A stretch of DNA of 64,000 bases from a bacterium (GTDB lineage Bacteria > Verrucomicrobiota > Kiritimatiellia > CAIKKV01 > CAIYGI01), in assembly GCA_025360745.1 (NCBI GenBank), contig JANYBP010000005.1:127-64126 (forward strand), read 5' to 3'. Shown here one piece after another: positions 43,832-55,134 of this stretch. How positions within the stretch are numbered: position 1 is the first letter of the stretch; every line of letters begins with the position of its first letter. A program made the position numbers and the translations under genes. The notes below the pieces were generated by a model, which ran no database searches, had not been told where the DNA came from, and was given only the letters and a program-made list of their open reading frames with translations.

Positions 43832-46800
43832 CTAAATACCACCCTCGCGTAGGAGAGCGGGCCGGATCCGCCGTCCGCCACAAGGTTCACAGGTTGCTCG
43901 AAGGCGTTGCGTCGCCAGAGCAGCCGTAGCGCGACATCGTCCCAGGACTGGGCTTTTCGCGGAATCTTCAGATCGTGCGGCACCCCGCGCACCGTCGCTT
44001 CGATCCGGCAGTGGCGTCCGTCGGCCGTCACCGTCCAGGCGAACTCGAATTCCTGCCCCTCGATTGTGGCCCGCCGGAAAGCTTTCAAAGTCGGACGCAT
44101 CGGGGGAGCAGCATACTCCGCCAGGCACAAAGAACGCAATTCCATGGCGGATATCGTCAGACGATCGTCCAGGCCTTCGACGCCCAGGCGTTCCGCCAGG
44201 GCGGCATCGTTGATCTCGATGGCCAGGTCAAGTTCGCCCGCTTCGCCGGTGCAGACGGCCATGCGGCCAAGGGGAATGTCGAAAAAGGCGTTGGTCGGCC
44301 ACTCGTCGAGAAAGCCGTCGACGTTTAGCGCGCGCGGCTTCAGCGCGCCGGTATGAATCGAGTCGGGTAGATGCAGCAGCGACTGCCACTGGTTCGGATT
44401 CATCCAGACGCCGGCGACGTTCACGATGCCGTTGGGAGCGCTCCAGGCCATGGCATAAGGTTGAAAGGCGGGATGCTGGGAATAAGTCCGGTGGTCCGCG
44501 ATCGGCGGCAGTGGCACGGGATCGCGCGCGACCGTTCCCTGCCAGGCGAGCGCCGCTCCGGAAGCGATCAGGATCGGCTTGCCGTCTATTTGCGCCAGCG
44601 CGCCCGTGGCGCCATTGACATCCACCCCGGCCGGCAGCGGGGGGCCGATCAGCGGCGCACTGCGTCCATCGACGGCGCAGGTGTACGGCTGAAGTTTTTC
44701 GATTCTCGCGGCGTAACCTCTTCCCGATATGGCGACTTTCAAGCCATAGATGCGGTTTCCGGCCGCATTCGGCATGACGATGCCGGCGTGCGTGAGATTT
44801 AACGAAGAGCCGGTCATGGGATTCAAGGCGACCAGCGTCTTGTCATCGCGGTGTAAAAACAGAAGATCATCCAACGCATATGCGATCCCTCTGCTGCCCC
44901 AGCTTTTCCCAGGGGACAGGTTGGAATTGATTTCGCGCAGACCTGCCGCATCCGCCACGATCAATGCGGATGACTGCTGCGACAGGATGGCCGCCCGCCC
45001 TCCATCGGTGGATATCCACAAGAAGGCAGCGCCTGAGTCGCCGGTTTTCCGTTCGAAGACGGCGCCCGCCACGCCGCGGGGCGCCGTCCAGAGCGTGACC
45101 GCACCGATGGCGTTGGCGAGTTGGACCATTGCCACAATCTGCGTGTCCGTCTGGATCACGGCGGCTTTCACGATGGCGTCGAACGCATTCGGAGGCCACT
45201 GCGCAACCATCCGGCTGGCCGCCGTTCCTTCCGCGGCGAGCCTCCACAAGGTCATGCGCTGGTCGGCGCCCGGACCGATCGCATAACCGCCTTCGGGCGC
45301 CGCGACAACCAGGCGCGCCGATTCGGCCGATCCGAAGCCGGAGGGCCAGCTTCCGAGCAGATCGGCCGTGCGTTCGTCGTACACCCAGATGCGTCCGCCG
45401 CGGGCCGTCATCACGCGGCCCTTGTCGGAAACCAGGCCGTTGGCCAACACCGCCGGCAGTTCCCAGAGCCTGCGTCCGTCGGCGCCAACGCCGATCAGCA
45501 ACAGACGGTTTGACGCCAGAGGCACGGCGCCGTTCGTGCCGGACAGAATTCCCTGTGCCATATCGCAAATCGAGGTCAGGTTGCGCTGCGGACGGATGGG
45601 CGACGGTGGTGGACCGGCGCGGTTTCCGACAACCCCGCACCATTGCCCGCCCGCACCGCCCGCGCCATAACAAACGCCGTCGGGTCCGCGGCCAAGCAGG
45701 CGCACACTGTCCGAAGCGGGAGCCAGGGCGGTCAACTTGCCGTCGGCCCCGCACAATGTCACCGCGCCGTTGCGCTCCGCCAGCAGGCAGCCTTCACGCA
45801 CCGGTTGCAGGACGCCGAAAATCCGCCCGCTTGACAGGCGCCGTTCAGCCAGATCGGACAGGCTGAAGACGGCGGCCGACGAGAGGGTCAGGACCACGGC
45901 GTTATCCGGTCCGCAGGGCGCAACCTCGGTCCAGACCAGATCGGTGCGTGATGCCACCAGCCGCCCGGTCGCCTTGTCCGTCAAAATAAGCCGGTTCGAA
46001 TCGGGGGGCGCGAACAGTACCGTGTTGCGGCCCACCACCGGCGGGCGCGGCACACGCAGACCCGTTACGCTGTCATCGTAGTGGTGGCTGTAGTTTCGCA
46101 GCCAGACGATGCTCTCGTCCGCAAGGTTGACGGCCCCCAGCAGTCCCAAGGCAGTGGACACGTAGGCGATATCGCCGTCCACGACCGGCGGCGGCGCCTG
46201 CCAGAAGCTGTCCGGATCGATCAATCGGTCGCCGATCAAGCGGGTGGGCCCGCCGACCTTGCGTCCGCCCAGATGCACCTCCGTTTGCGCCTCGCTGCGG
46301 GTGTCCAAGACCACCAGATCGGTCCGATATCCCTCCATGTCGTCTTCGGTGACCGTCAGGACCACCAGCCGGTTTGTTCCCCAAGCGGCCGGCGCGCCGG
46401 CGATCATGCCTTTGTCCGGGCGCCAGGTCCAGCGGTAGGCGCCTGTGGCGCGGTCCAGTCCGGCCACGGCGGGTGTCGCATCCGGCAGCAGGATGCGGAC
46501 GGCGACGATGCCGCCCGCCGCCGCCGACTCGCAGCGCCCGCCCATGCGGAAGTTGGGCGCACGCCCCTGTTGCGAAGGCGGGCATGACAGGGGCGCCGCC
46601 CAACTCCAGGCCACCTCGCCGCCGCGCAGGCAGGCCAGCATGCGGGAGTTGGCCAGCCAGACGTCGCCGTCGCGCACCGTCAGACTTGCCGCCTGCGCCG
46701 GTTCCGCCTTAAGCGTGTAACGGAGCTGATCTTCGATGACCTCCGGCAGCCCGGGCGTCATGTCGATCAATGGCACAAACCCGCTGGTGGAAATGGGCGC

Positions 46801-48723
46801 GCTGACAGTGGCTTTGCCGTCCGCCGTCAGCCCGCCGTCGTTCGCGGCGGCGGGCGGGGCCAGATGGGCGACGCGATCAAGACGCAGGGCATCCTGCCTG
46901 CGCAGCGGTTCGGCATTCAGTGTTTCGATTTCATTGCGCAGCCATGCTTCGTAGACCGGCGCGTAAACTCCGAGCGCCTTCCGGTAATAGGGCTTGGCTC
47001 CGGCAAATAGATTGGCGTCTCCCTCCGCGGGGACGGTGCTGTCGCCGCGGGCGCGCAGCACGTCGCGCAGGTACATGCACAAACGATTGGTGCTGCCGGC
47101 CTTGGCCAGCCGGTCCATGGAGGACGGCGCCTCGTCCGGCGTGGATTCCACCGATGCCGGCAGGGTTACGGTGGTGCTGAACTTGAACAGGCTGGTCCAG
47201 TACTTGGAATATTCCAGCGAATTGGTGAATGAGGGACGGGCCAGCACGGCGCCATTCAGCGCCTCTCTGGCGGCGCTCTCGTTGTTCTCCAGGATGGCCA
47301 CCTGCAGGCGCCAGATCGCCGCGTCGAAGGCTTGTTTTGCCGCGAGCGCAACAGCGTGCGTTTTCAGGAACTGCGCCGCACGCCCGGTATCCTTGCGCGC
47401 GAGTACATCCTTCATGTAGCACTCCGCCAGGACGGCGCGCGCTTCGTCGTTGCTGCCGACGTTGACGGCACGTTCGATGGATTCGTAAAGCGCCTGACGA
47501 AACGGGTCCGTCGGGCGTTGCAGCCAGTCGTTGACGGTTCGTCTTAACTGGATGTAATCGGCCGGGTCGGTGGATAGAAACTCCTTCAGGTAGGGCTCGA
47601 TCCAGAACGACACGCTGTCCAGCATGTTACTGGTCTGATATGCCTGCGCCATGCGCAGGGCGCGTTCCGGCGCGGGCTTGGCGATACCCGCGGCCCGCAA
47701 GAACGCCGCCGTTTCGTCGGGACAGGACAACGCCAGCCCCAGATTGTACATCGCATCGATCAGAACCGGCCGCAGAGGATCTTGCCTGGGGAGGCGGACC
47801 AGGAATTGACCGAGTTCCTTGAGCAGTGCGCCGCCCGCGCCCGGATTCCTTGACGCGGCCGCGACCCAGCGGCCGATCATCGCCCCGGCATCGGGCGTAT
47901 TGTCACGGCTGGCGCTCAATGCGTAGCCAACCCAGTAGCGGCTGTTGACGGAATCTTCCAGCTCAAGATAGAGCGCCGCCAGACGCGGGCCGTGGATGCG
48001 CAGCGCCGTTTCGTCGCGCGACCATAGCGATAAAACCAGGGATCGCAACTTGATCTCCGTATACCGGGGATCCCCCGCGGACCAATTCGCGCTCCAGTTC
48101 CAGGCGCCGTCGGCCAGGTATGCCTTGACCAGCAGCGTGTGGCTTCCGGCGCTGAGCCTCAAGGGCAGATAGAGCTTGTTGCAGGCGGCGCCATTGTTCA
48201 CAACCGGCTGGCCATCCACCCACAACCGGTATCCGGCGCGGCTGGATACGATCAAGCCGCCGTCGGCCTGGGCGGTAAGCGTGAATTTCCGCGTCGCATA
48301 GACAATCGTGTCGGGAGGCTGATTGGTTAAAGGGCAGGCTGTTCCCGGCGGCCAGGGTTGCCACGAGACTTGTCGCACACCTGCGCCCCGGACGGGCATG
48401 CGGGCGCCGGCGATTTCCGGCGCATAAGGCTTGTCGAGCGCCGAGCCATTCCCGCCGTCGAACGGGCCGATGACGTACCAGTTGTCCAGCAGCTTCCCAT
48501 CCGACGGGTTGTTGGCCTGCAGCCAGTTCCAGTATTCCTCCGCGCGATCGATTTTCCCGGTTGGCTTGAGCGGCACAACGTCGTTCCACCAAACGGGCTT
48601 TTCGGCATAGACGGCGCCCACCGACGACACGCCCCAGGCATTGCCCGCCATCACCGCCAGCGCCGCCAAATACAGAAACCCCCTCCGCAAGTTGCGCGGC
48701 GCCAAAAAGCTGTTTCCGTTCAT
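43828..48723 (-). CDS. Large secreted protein with PQQ-like beta-propeller repeats and putative carbohydrate-binding-like modules
   Basis: Signal peptide. N-terminal WYVIGPF..LWVDGQ..GSHTLLVK, central helical region, GLDRATG..W / AVNLAD..VW repeats, C-terminal VDGFLDEW. ATG at 48723. Confidence 0.72.
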   Translation of the reverse strand: MNGNSFLAPRNLRRGFLYLAALAVMAGNAWGVSSVGAVYAEKPVWWNDVVPLKPTGKIDRAEEYWNWLQANNPSDGKLLDNWYVIGPFDGGNGSALDKPYAPEIAGARMPVRGAGVRQVSWQPWPPGTACPLTNQPPDTIVYATRKFTLTAQADGGLIVSSRAGYRLWVDGQPVVNNGAACNKLYLPLRLSAGSHTLLVKAYLADGAWNWSANWSAGDPRYTEIKLRSLVLSLWSRDETALRIHGPRLAALYLELEDSVNSRYWVGYALSASRDNTPDAGAMIGRWVAAASRNPGAGGALLKELGQFLVRLPRQDPLRPVLIDAMYNLGLALSCPDETAAFLRAAGIAKPAPERALRMAQAYQTSNMLDSVSFWIEPYLKEFLSTDPADYIQLRRTVNDWLQRPTDPFRQALYESIERAVNVGSNDEARAVLAECYMKDVLARKDTGRAAQFLKTHAVALAAKQAFDAAIWRLQVAILENNESAAREALNGAVLARPSFTNSLEYSKYWTSLFKFSTTVTLPASVESTPDEAPSSMDRLAKAGSTNRLCMYLRDVLRARGDSTVPAEGDANLFAGAKPYYRKALGVYAPVYEAWLRNEIETLNAEPLRRQDALRLDRVAHLAPPAAANDGGLTADGKATVSAPISTSGFVPLIDMTPGLPEVIEDQLRYTLKAEPAQAASLTVRDGDVWLANSRMLACLRGGEVAWSWAAPLSCPPSQQGRAPNFRMGGRCESAAAGGIVAVRILLPDATPAVAGLDRATGAYRWTWRPDKGMIAGAPAAWGTNRLVVLTVTEDDMEGYRTDLVVLDTRSEAQTEVHLGGRKVGGPTRLIGDRLIDPDSFWQAPPPVVDGDIAYVSTALGLLGAVNLADESIVWLRNYSHHYDDSVTGLRVPRPPVVGRNTVLFAPPDSNRLILTDKATGRLVASRTDLVWTEVAPCGPDNAVVLTLSSAAVFSLSDLAERRLSSGRIFGVLQPVREGCLLAERNGAVTLCGADGKLTALAPASDSVRLLGRGPDGVCYGAGGAGGQWCGVVGNRAGPPPSPIRPQRNLTSICDMAQGILSGTNGAVPLASNRLLLIGVGADGRRLWELPAVLANGLVSDKGRVMTARGGRIWVYDERTADLLGSWPSGFGSAESARLVVAAPEGGYAIGPGADQRMTLWRLAAEGTAASRMVAQWPPNAFDAIVKAAVIQTDTQIVAMVQLANAIGAVTLWTAPRGVAGAVFERKTGDSGAAFLWISTDGGRAAILSQQSSALIVADAAGLREINSNLSPGKSWGSRGIAYALDDLLFLHRDDKTLVALNPMTGSSLNLTHAGIVMPNAAGNRIYGLKVAISGRGYAARIEKLQPYTCAVDGRSAPLIGPPLPAGVDVNGATGALAQIDGKPILIASGAALAWQGTVARDPVPLPPIADHRTYSQHPAFQPYAMAWSAPNGIVNVAGVWMNPNQWQSLLHLPDSIHTGALKPRALNVDGFLDEWPTNAFFDIPLGRMAVCTGEAGELDLAIEINDAALAERLGVEGLDDRLTISAMELRSLCLAEYAAPPMRPTLKAFRRATIEGQEFEFAWTVTADGRHCRIEATVRGVPHDLKIPRKAQSWDDVALRLLWRRNAFEQPVNLVADGGSGPLSYARVVFR

Positions 48724-48843
48724 CGCGATGAGCCTTTTAAAAAAAACAAAAATCAGATCCGGCGGCATCCGCGGGGTGCCTGGACTGCGACGGTCCGGTA
48801 AGATACAGAAAGACGCCAAAGTCACCGCGAATATTGTGAAAAA

Positions 48844-49725
48844 TTATCGGACCGGCCGGCCGTAGACGGCCTTTTCCAGCGCCGTGCGCATGGGGACCAG
48901 GGGCGGCGTGACGCCGGTCCAGATGCGGAACGATTCGGCGCCCTGGTTCAATAGCATGCCGAGGCCGTTGACGGCGCGCGCGCCGGCCGCGCCGGCGGTG
49001 CGTGTGAAGGCGGTTTCGGGACGCATGTACACCAGGTCAATGGCGCATTGGCCGGGACGGAAGGCTTTGGAGGGCAGGGGACTGGGATCGTCGTCATGCA
49101 TGCCGACCGGCGTGGCCTGCACGATCAGGTCAGCCGTGCGGCTGGCCTGCGGCCAGGCGGCCGGGTCGGAACCGGCGGTTTCGACAACCACCGCGGGGGC
49201 CAAGGCTTTAATTTCGCCGCTGAGCCGCTCGATGCGTGCGGGATCTAGATCGGCCAGCAGCAGGCGCGCGGCGCCGGCGGCGGCGGAGGTGATGGCCAGC
49301 GCCCGCCCGGCGCCGCCGCAGCCGAGCACGAAGAGCGTGCGGCCGGCGACGTTGAAATCGAAGGCCTCGGCGATGGCGCGCAGGAAGCCGCGGCCGTCGG
49401 TGTTGTGGCCCTTGAGCCCGTCCGGCAGGATCTCAACCGTATTGACCGCGCCCAGCCGCCGGGCCAGCGGATCGAGATCGGTAAGACCGCGGAAGGCGAC
49501 CTCCTTGAGCGGCACGGTCAGGTTGATGCCGCCGAAACCCATGGCGGCCATGGCCGGCAGAACCTGCATCAGCCGCTCCGGGGCCACGTCGAAGGCCAGG
49601 TATACGGCGTCGCGGCCCAGCGCCTGGAAGGCCGCGTTGTGCATGGCCGGCGAAAGCGTGTGCCCGATCGGATGCCCGAGCACCGCATACGGATGCGTGG
49701 CGCCGCTGAGGGTCGCGGTGTTCAT
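48844..49725 (-). CDS. aroE: Shikimate dehydrogenase
   Basis: LGHPIGHTLSPAMHN, NLTVPLKE, GAVNT, GHNTD, LGCGGAGRA, ATPVGM, GLGMLLNQG. ATG at 49725. Confidence 0.94.
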   Translation of the reverse strand: MNTATLSGATHPYAVLGHPIGHTLSPAMHNAAFQALGRDAVYLAFDVAPERLMQVLPAMAAMGFGGINLTVPLKEVAFRGLTDLDPLARRLGAVNTVEILPDGLKGHNTDGRGFLRAIAEAFDFNVAGRTLFVLGCGGAGRALAITSAAAGAARLLLADLDPARIERLSGEIKALAPAVVVETAGSDPAAWPQASRTADLIVQATPVGMHDDDPSPLPSKAFRPGQCAIDLVYMRPETAFTRTAGAAGARAVNGLGMLLNQGAESFRIWTGVTPPLVPMRTALEKAVYGRPVR

Positions 49726-51302
49726 GCGCGCGGCTTCCTGTGAGCCGGTTTGACGGCGGCCGCTTTGCCGGCCGCGTTGCGCAGCGCGATGCGGTTGACG
49801 CAGGAGAGATAGGCGCGCGCGCTGGCGTCCACAATGTCGGGACTGGCCGCCTTGGCGCTCAGGATGGTCTGGTCGAACTGCACGCGCACGGTCACTTCGC
49901 CCAGGGCATCCTGTCCGATCGTGACCGACTGCAGCGAAAAATCGAGCAGGTGCCCGGTAATTCCGGTGATGCGGTCGATCGTGCGCAGCGCGGCGTCCAC
50001 GGGACCGTCCCCGGTGCCGGCGTCCTCGAGGATTTCCTTGCCGCGGCGGATGCGCACGGTGGCCGTCGGTATCGTGCCCGAGCCGGCGGAAACGTGCAGG
50101 TATTCCAGCGCGTAGAGCCCGACGGCCGGCGACTCGGAGATTTCGTCGCGGGCGATGGCGAGCAGGTCGTCGTCGTAAAGGTTTTTCTTGCGGTCGGCCA
50201 GGGCGATGAAGCGGGTATAGGCCCGTTCCAGTTCCACGGGCGTGAGCGCCAGCCCCATTTTCTGCAGCTTGTTCTGGAAACCGTGGCGGCCGGAGTGCTT
50301 GCCAAGCACGAGATCGTGCTCTTCGATACCGACATCCTCGGCGCGCATGATCTCGTAGGTGCTGCGATGCTTGAGAATGCCGTCCTGATGGATGCCGGCT
50401 TCGTGGGCGAAGGCGTTGCCGCCGACGATGGCCTTGTTGCGCTGCACCGAAAGGCCGGTCAGGCGGCTGACCAGGCGGCTGACGCGGTAGAGTTCGTGCG
50501 TGCGGATGCCGGTCTTGAGTCCGAAGACGTCGGCGCGGGTGCGCAGCGCCATCACCACCTCTTCGAGCGCGCAGTTGCCGGCGCGTTCGCCGAGTCCGTT
50601 GATCGTGCATTCGACGCCCCGCGCGCCGGCCTGCACGGCGGCCAGCGAATTGGCCACCGCCAGCCCGAGGTCGTTGTGGCAGTGCACATGGATGCGGGCC
50701 AGCCCGATATTGGGGACGCTCTCGAAAAGACCCCCGATCAGCCGGCCGAACTCGTTCGGAACCGCATAGCCGACCGTGTCGGGAATATTGACCGTGCAGG
50801 CGCCGGCGTCGATCACGGCCTCCACCACCTCGGCCAGAAAGGCCGGCTCCGTGCGCGAGGCGTCCTCGGCGCTGAACTCGACGTCCGGACAGAACTTGCG
50901 GGCATAGCGGACGGAGGCCACGGCCTGCGCGATCACCCCCTGGCGCGACATGTGCAGTTTGTACTTGCGGTGAATCGGCGAGGTCGCGAGGAAGACGTGG
51001 ATGCAGGGCTTGGGCCCGGCGCAAACCGCCTCGGCGCAGCGCTGGATGTCCTTTTCGACGCAACGCGCCAGACCGGCCACCACCGGCCCCTTGACCGTTT
51101 GCGCGATGCTCTTGACGGCCTCGAAATCGTCGGGCGAGGCGATCGGGAAACCGGCCTCGATGATGTCCACGTTCAGCGCGGCCAGCGCCTTGGCGATGTC
51201 CAGCTTTTCACGCATCGTCAGGCTGGCGCCGGGCGCCTGCTCGCCGTCGCGCAGGGTGGTGTCGAAAATGACGATTCGCCGGGAATCCTGAACGGTCTTC
51301 AT
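49722..51302 (-). CDS. leuA: 2-isopropylmalate synthase
   Basis: [62 protein letters not shown] at 51302. Confidence 0.96.
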   Translation of the reverse strand: MKTVQDSRRIVIFDTTLRDGEQAPGASLTMREKLDIAKALAALNVDIIEAGFPIASPDDFEAVKSIAQTVKGPVVAGLARCVEKDIQRCAEAVCAGPKPCIHVFLATSPIHRKYKLHMSRQGVIAQAVASVRYARKFCPDVEFSAEDASRTEPAFLAEVVEAVIDAGACTVNIPDTVGYAVPNEFGRLIGGLFESVPNIGLARIHVHCHNDLGLAVANSLAAVQAGARGVECTINGLGERAGNCALEEVVMALRTRADVFGLKTGIRTHELYRVSRLVSRLTGLSVQRNKAIVGGNAFAHEAGIHQDGILKHRSTYEIMRAEDVGIEEHDLVLGKHSGRHGFQNKLQKMGLALTPVELERAYTRFIALADRKKNLYDDDLLAIARDEISESPAVGLYALEYLHVSAGSGTIPTATVRIRRGKEILEDAGTGDGPVDAALRTIDRITGITGHLLDFSLQSVTIGQDALGEVTVRVQFDQTILSAKAASPDIVDASARAYLSCVNRIALRNAAGKAAAVKPAHRKPRA

Positions 51303-51784
51303 GAGCGGCCTCCTTTGGCCATGGCGATGATGCCGGAACGCGAGAAGTCCATCACTTTGTAAGGCGCCAGCAGCGCGAGGAAGTCCGTGATATGCCGGGC
51401 GTCGCCGGTGAGCTGGACGATCACCGCGTCCGGTTGCGCCGCCAGCACGTTTCCGCCGAAACGCTTGGCGAGCGACATGATCTCCTCGTGCTGCTCCTGC
51501 GTCGAGGTGAGTTTGATCAGCAGGCATTCCTGATTGAAGTGCGGCGTGCTGGTCAGGTCGGTGACTTCGATCACGTCCACCAGTTTGGCCAGTTGCTTGG
51601 TCACCTGTTCCAGCACCCGGTTGTCGCCCGGGACCTGCATTGTCATGCGCGAGACGGTGGGATCGCCGGTGGGCCCCACGTTGAGCGTTTCGATGTTATA
51701 GCCGCGGCCCGCGATCAGGCCGACCAACCGTGCGAGCACGCCCGGATTGTTTTCCACCAGCGCCGTAATAATGTGTTTTTTCAT
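51299..51784 (-). CDS. ilvN: Acetolactate synthase small subunit
   Basis: LVENNPGVLARL..RGYNIETL..EQVTKQLAKLVDVI..RSG. ATG at 51784. Confidence 0.94.
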   Translation of the reverse strand: MKKHIITALVENNPGVLARLVGLIAGRGYNIETLNVGPTGDPTVSRMTMQVPGDNRVLEQVTKQLAKLVDVIEVTDLTSTPHFNQECLLIKLTSTQEQHEEIMSLAKRFGGNVLAAQPDAVIVQLTGDARHITDFLALLAPYKVMDFSRSGIIAMAKGGRS

Positions 51785-51786
51785 TG

Positions 51787-53514
<1,728 letters not shown>

Positions 53515-53564
53515 ACCGTTTGCCTCTTCTTTTTAACGCACGAACGACCAGTATACGTGTCTAC

Positions 53565-53599
53565 AACAAAAAACCCACTGCGAACTTCGCAGTGGGTTT
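53565..53599 (-). terminator. Intrinsic terminator (attenuator) upstream of ilvB
   Basis: mRNA AAACCCACUGCGAA-G-UUCGCAGUGGGUUUUUUGUU: perfect inverted repeat with U-tract. Confidence 0.9.
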
Positions 53600-53623
53600 G
53601 GCGTCAGCCAGATGGCGGGTGTA

Positions 53624-53734
53624 TCACCCGCCGCCCACCGCGGGGCGCAAAATAACCAGCAGACCACCCAGCGCCAGCTTGAGGGCCGGGCTGCGGTCTG
53701 CCGTGCGGATGGCGGTGGATGTCACGTGGCGCAT
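53624..53734 (-). CDS. ilv/leu operon leader peptide, 36 aa
   Basis: MRHVTSTAIRTADRSPALKLALGGLLVILRPAVGGG*: Leu/Val/Ile cluster just before an antiterminator arm and the terminator. Below the ORF-track cutoff. Confidence 0.8.
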   Translation of the reverse strand: MRHVTSTAIRTADRSPALKLALGGLLVILRPAVGGG

Positions 53735-53741
53735 GGGAGTG

Positions 53742-53771
53742 AGTATCTTTTATCCGCCGGGGATTTGTCAA
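53742..53771 (-). promoter_or_regulatory. Sigma70-type promoter for leader/ilvB operon (apparently leaderless)
   Basis: TTGACA (53771-53766), 18 nt, GATACT (53747-53742), 7 nt, then ATG of the leader peptide. No SD. Confidence 0.65.
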
Positions 53772-55129
53772 TCGCGTTTTTTGGGGGAGGATTGCGACAA
53801 GAAATCGATCAGGCACAGACCGGTGTGGTAACCCGGATCGGCGTCCGGCGTGGCCGGAATCGCCGGGGAGGGGTTGCCGCGGGCGTCGCGAGTTTGCAGG
53901 AACAGGCCGGCAACCGGCGAGCGAAATGGGCCGAAAAGGGCGCGGGCGCACTCGGCCACGGCGGCGGCGATTTCCGCGCGGCGCGGGTGCGCGGGGGCGA
54001 GTTTGAGCAGGAGGGCGGCGGCGCGCATCGCCTCCGGCAGGGGCCACCAGGGCATGTCGTCGTTCACTGGTGTGCGGGCAACCAGGTCGAAGGTCTTGCA
54101 GATGCCGCCCATCGGCCGCTGGAAGCCGTTGGCGAAGGCCGCGAGAAAGATTTCCGGCAAACTCTCCCGGCAGACCGCGACAAGCTTGCGCAGTTCCGGC
54201 GTTGGCGCAGAGCGTGCGGTCGCGTGGAGCAGAAAGCGGGCCGCGAGGCCCGTGAATTCCAGCGCATGACCGGGATCCTGCATTACCTTGCCGTGTTCCA
54301 TCCATGGACCGCCCGCGTCGTCCGTCCACTCCAAGAAATCGAAACGCCGCAGAGCTCCTGTGTCGCGTTGGATTACGTGACGATCGAGCAGGTGTTGCAG
54401 AAAGCGACAGCCGCCCGCGATCCATTCGTCCGCGCCCGGATAAAGTTCGCACAGCAGCGCGAATCCGCCCAGCGCGATCATCCAAGGGCCCTGCGCGCGG
54501 CGGCCGGGAACGGGCAGCGCCGGATTCTTGGGGTCGAACGAAATCTGGTCCGAGGCAAAACTACCGTCCATGATCGCCGCGGCGGAGGTCCGGAAGGTGC
54601 GGACGCCCAAGTTGCTCCATTCCTGGCGGTTCAGCCGGACCCCGGCGGCGGCCAGTCCCTTGCCCGTGAAGAGGTCGGCAAAACCCGGACGGATCGAGGA
54701 GGCCGGAAAGTACTCGCGTCTGCCATCCGCCCCGCAGCGAAAGGCCCGTCCCTCGGGGGTGAACAGGAAGACGAAACGGCCGTCGTTCTGCCGTCCAAAT
54801 TCGGCGATCCGCGCCGCCACGCTTTCCAGCATCCGGTCGCAGCGCTCCGCCAGGCGCGGATTGTCGGCCAGGAAAGCCGCATGCCCGGCCAGCGCTTCCA
54901 GGCCGCGCCCCTGAATCCAGCCGAAGACCGCGCCGCGACCCCGGAAGTCGGTCTCGGGGTCGGCCGGTTCAGGAAAATCCTGGCCGCTGCCTGTGCTCAA
55001 CTTGGTGTCCACAAAAGGATAGCCGTCGTTTTTTTCGAAACGCGACACCACGAGTTCGATGCCGGCCAGCGTGGCGGCGCGGCTGTCGGCGACGAATGCC
55101 TTTAAGACGCCGGGGAAAACTTCGTCCAT
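53768..55129 (-). CDS. AGE family (N-acylglucosamine 2-epimerase-like) epimerase/isomerase
   Basis: WIQGRG, DPGHALEF, MPWWPLPE, DPGYH: AGE-type His motifs. Confidence 0.72.
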   Translation of the reverse strand: MDEVFPGVLKAFVADSRAATLAGIELVVSRFEKNDGYPFVDTKLSTGSGQDFPEPADPETDFRGRGAVFGWIQGRGLEALAGHAAFLADNPRLAERCDRMLESVAARIAEFGRQNDGRFVFLFTPEGRAFRCGADGRREYFPASSIRPGFADLFTGKGLAAAGVRLNRQEWSNLGVRTFRTSAAAIMDGSFASDQISFDPKNPALPVPGRRAQGPWMIALGGFALLCELYPGADEWIAGGCRFLQHLLDRHVIQRDTGALRRFDFLEWTDDAGGPWMEHGKVMQDPGHALEFTGLAARFLLHATARSAPTPELRKLVAVCRESLPEIFLAAFANGFQRPMGGICKTFDLVARTPVNDDMPWWPLPEAMRAAALLLKLAPAHPRRAEIAAAVAECARALFGPFRSPVAGLFLQTRDARGNPSPAIPATPDADPGYHTGLCLIDFLSQSSPKKRD

Positions 55130-55134
55130 CTATG

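Noticed and set aside
48743-48758. AAAACAAAAATCAGAT resembling AAAACAAAAATTCAGAT at 60832-60848, both upstream of secreted-protein genes
   Set aside because: It is low-complexity, needs a gap, occurs only twice, and the second copy overlaps a putative -10 box. It may be chance.
48844-51063. Apparent 739-aa N-terminally extended AroE
   Set aside because: The extension is an alternate frame of leuA. Real AroE starts at 49725 with an ATGA overlap.
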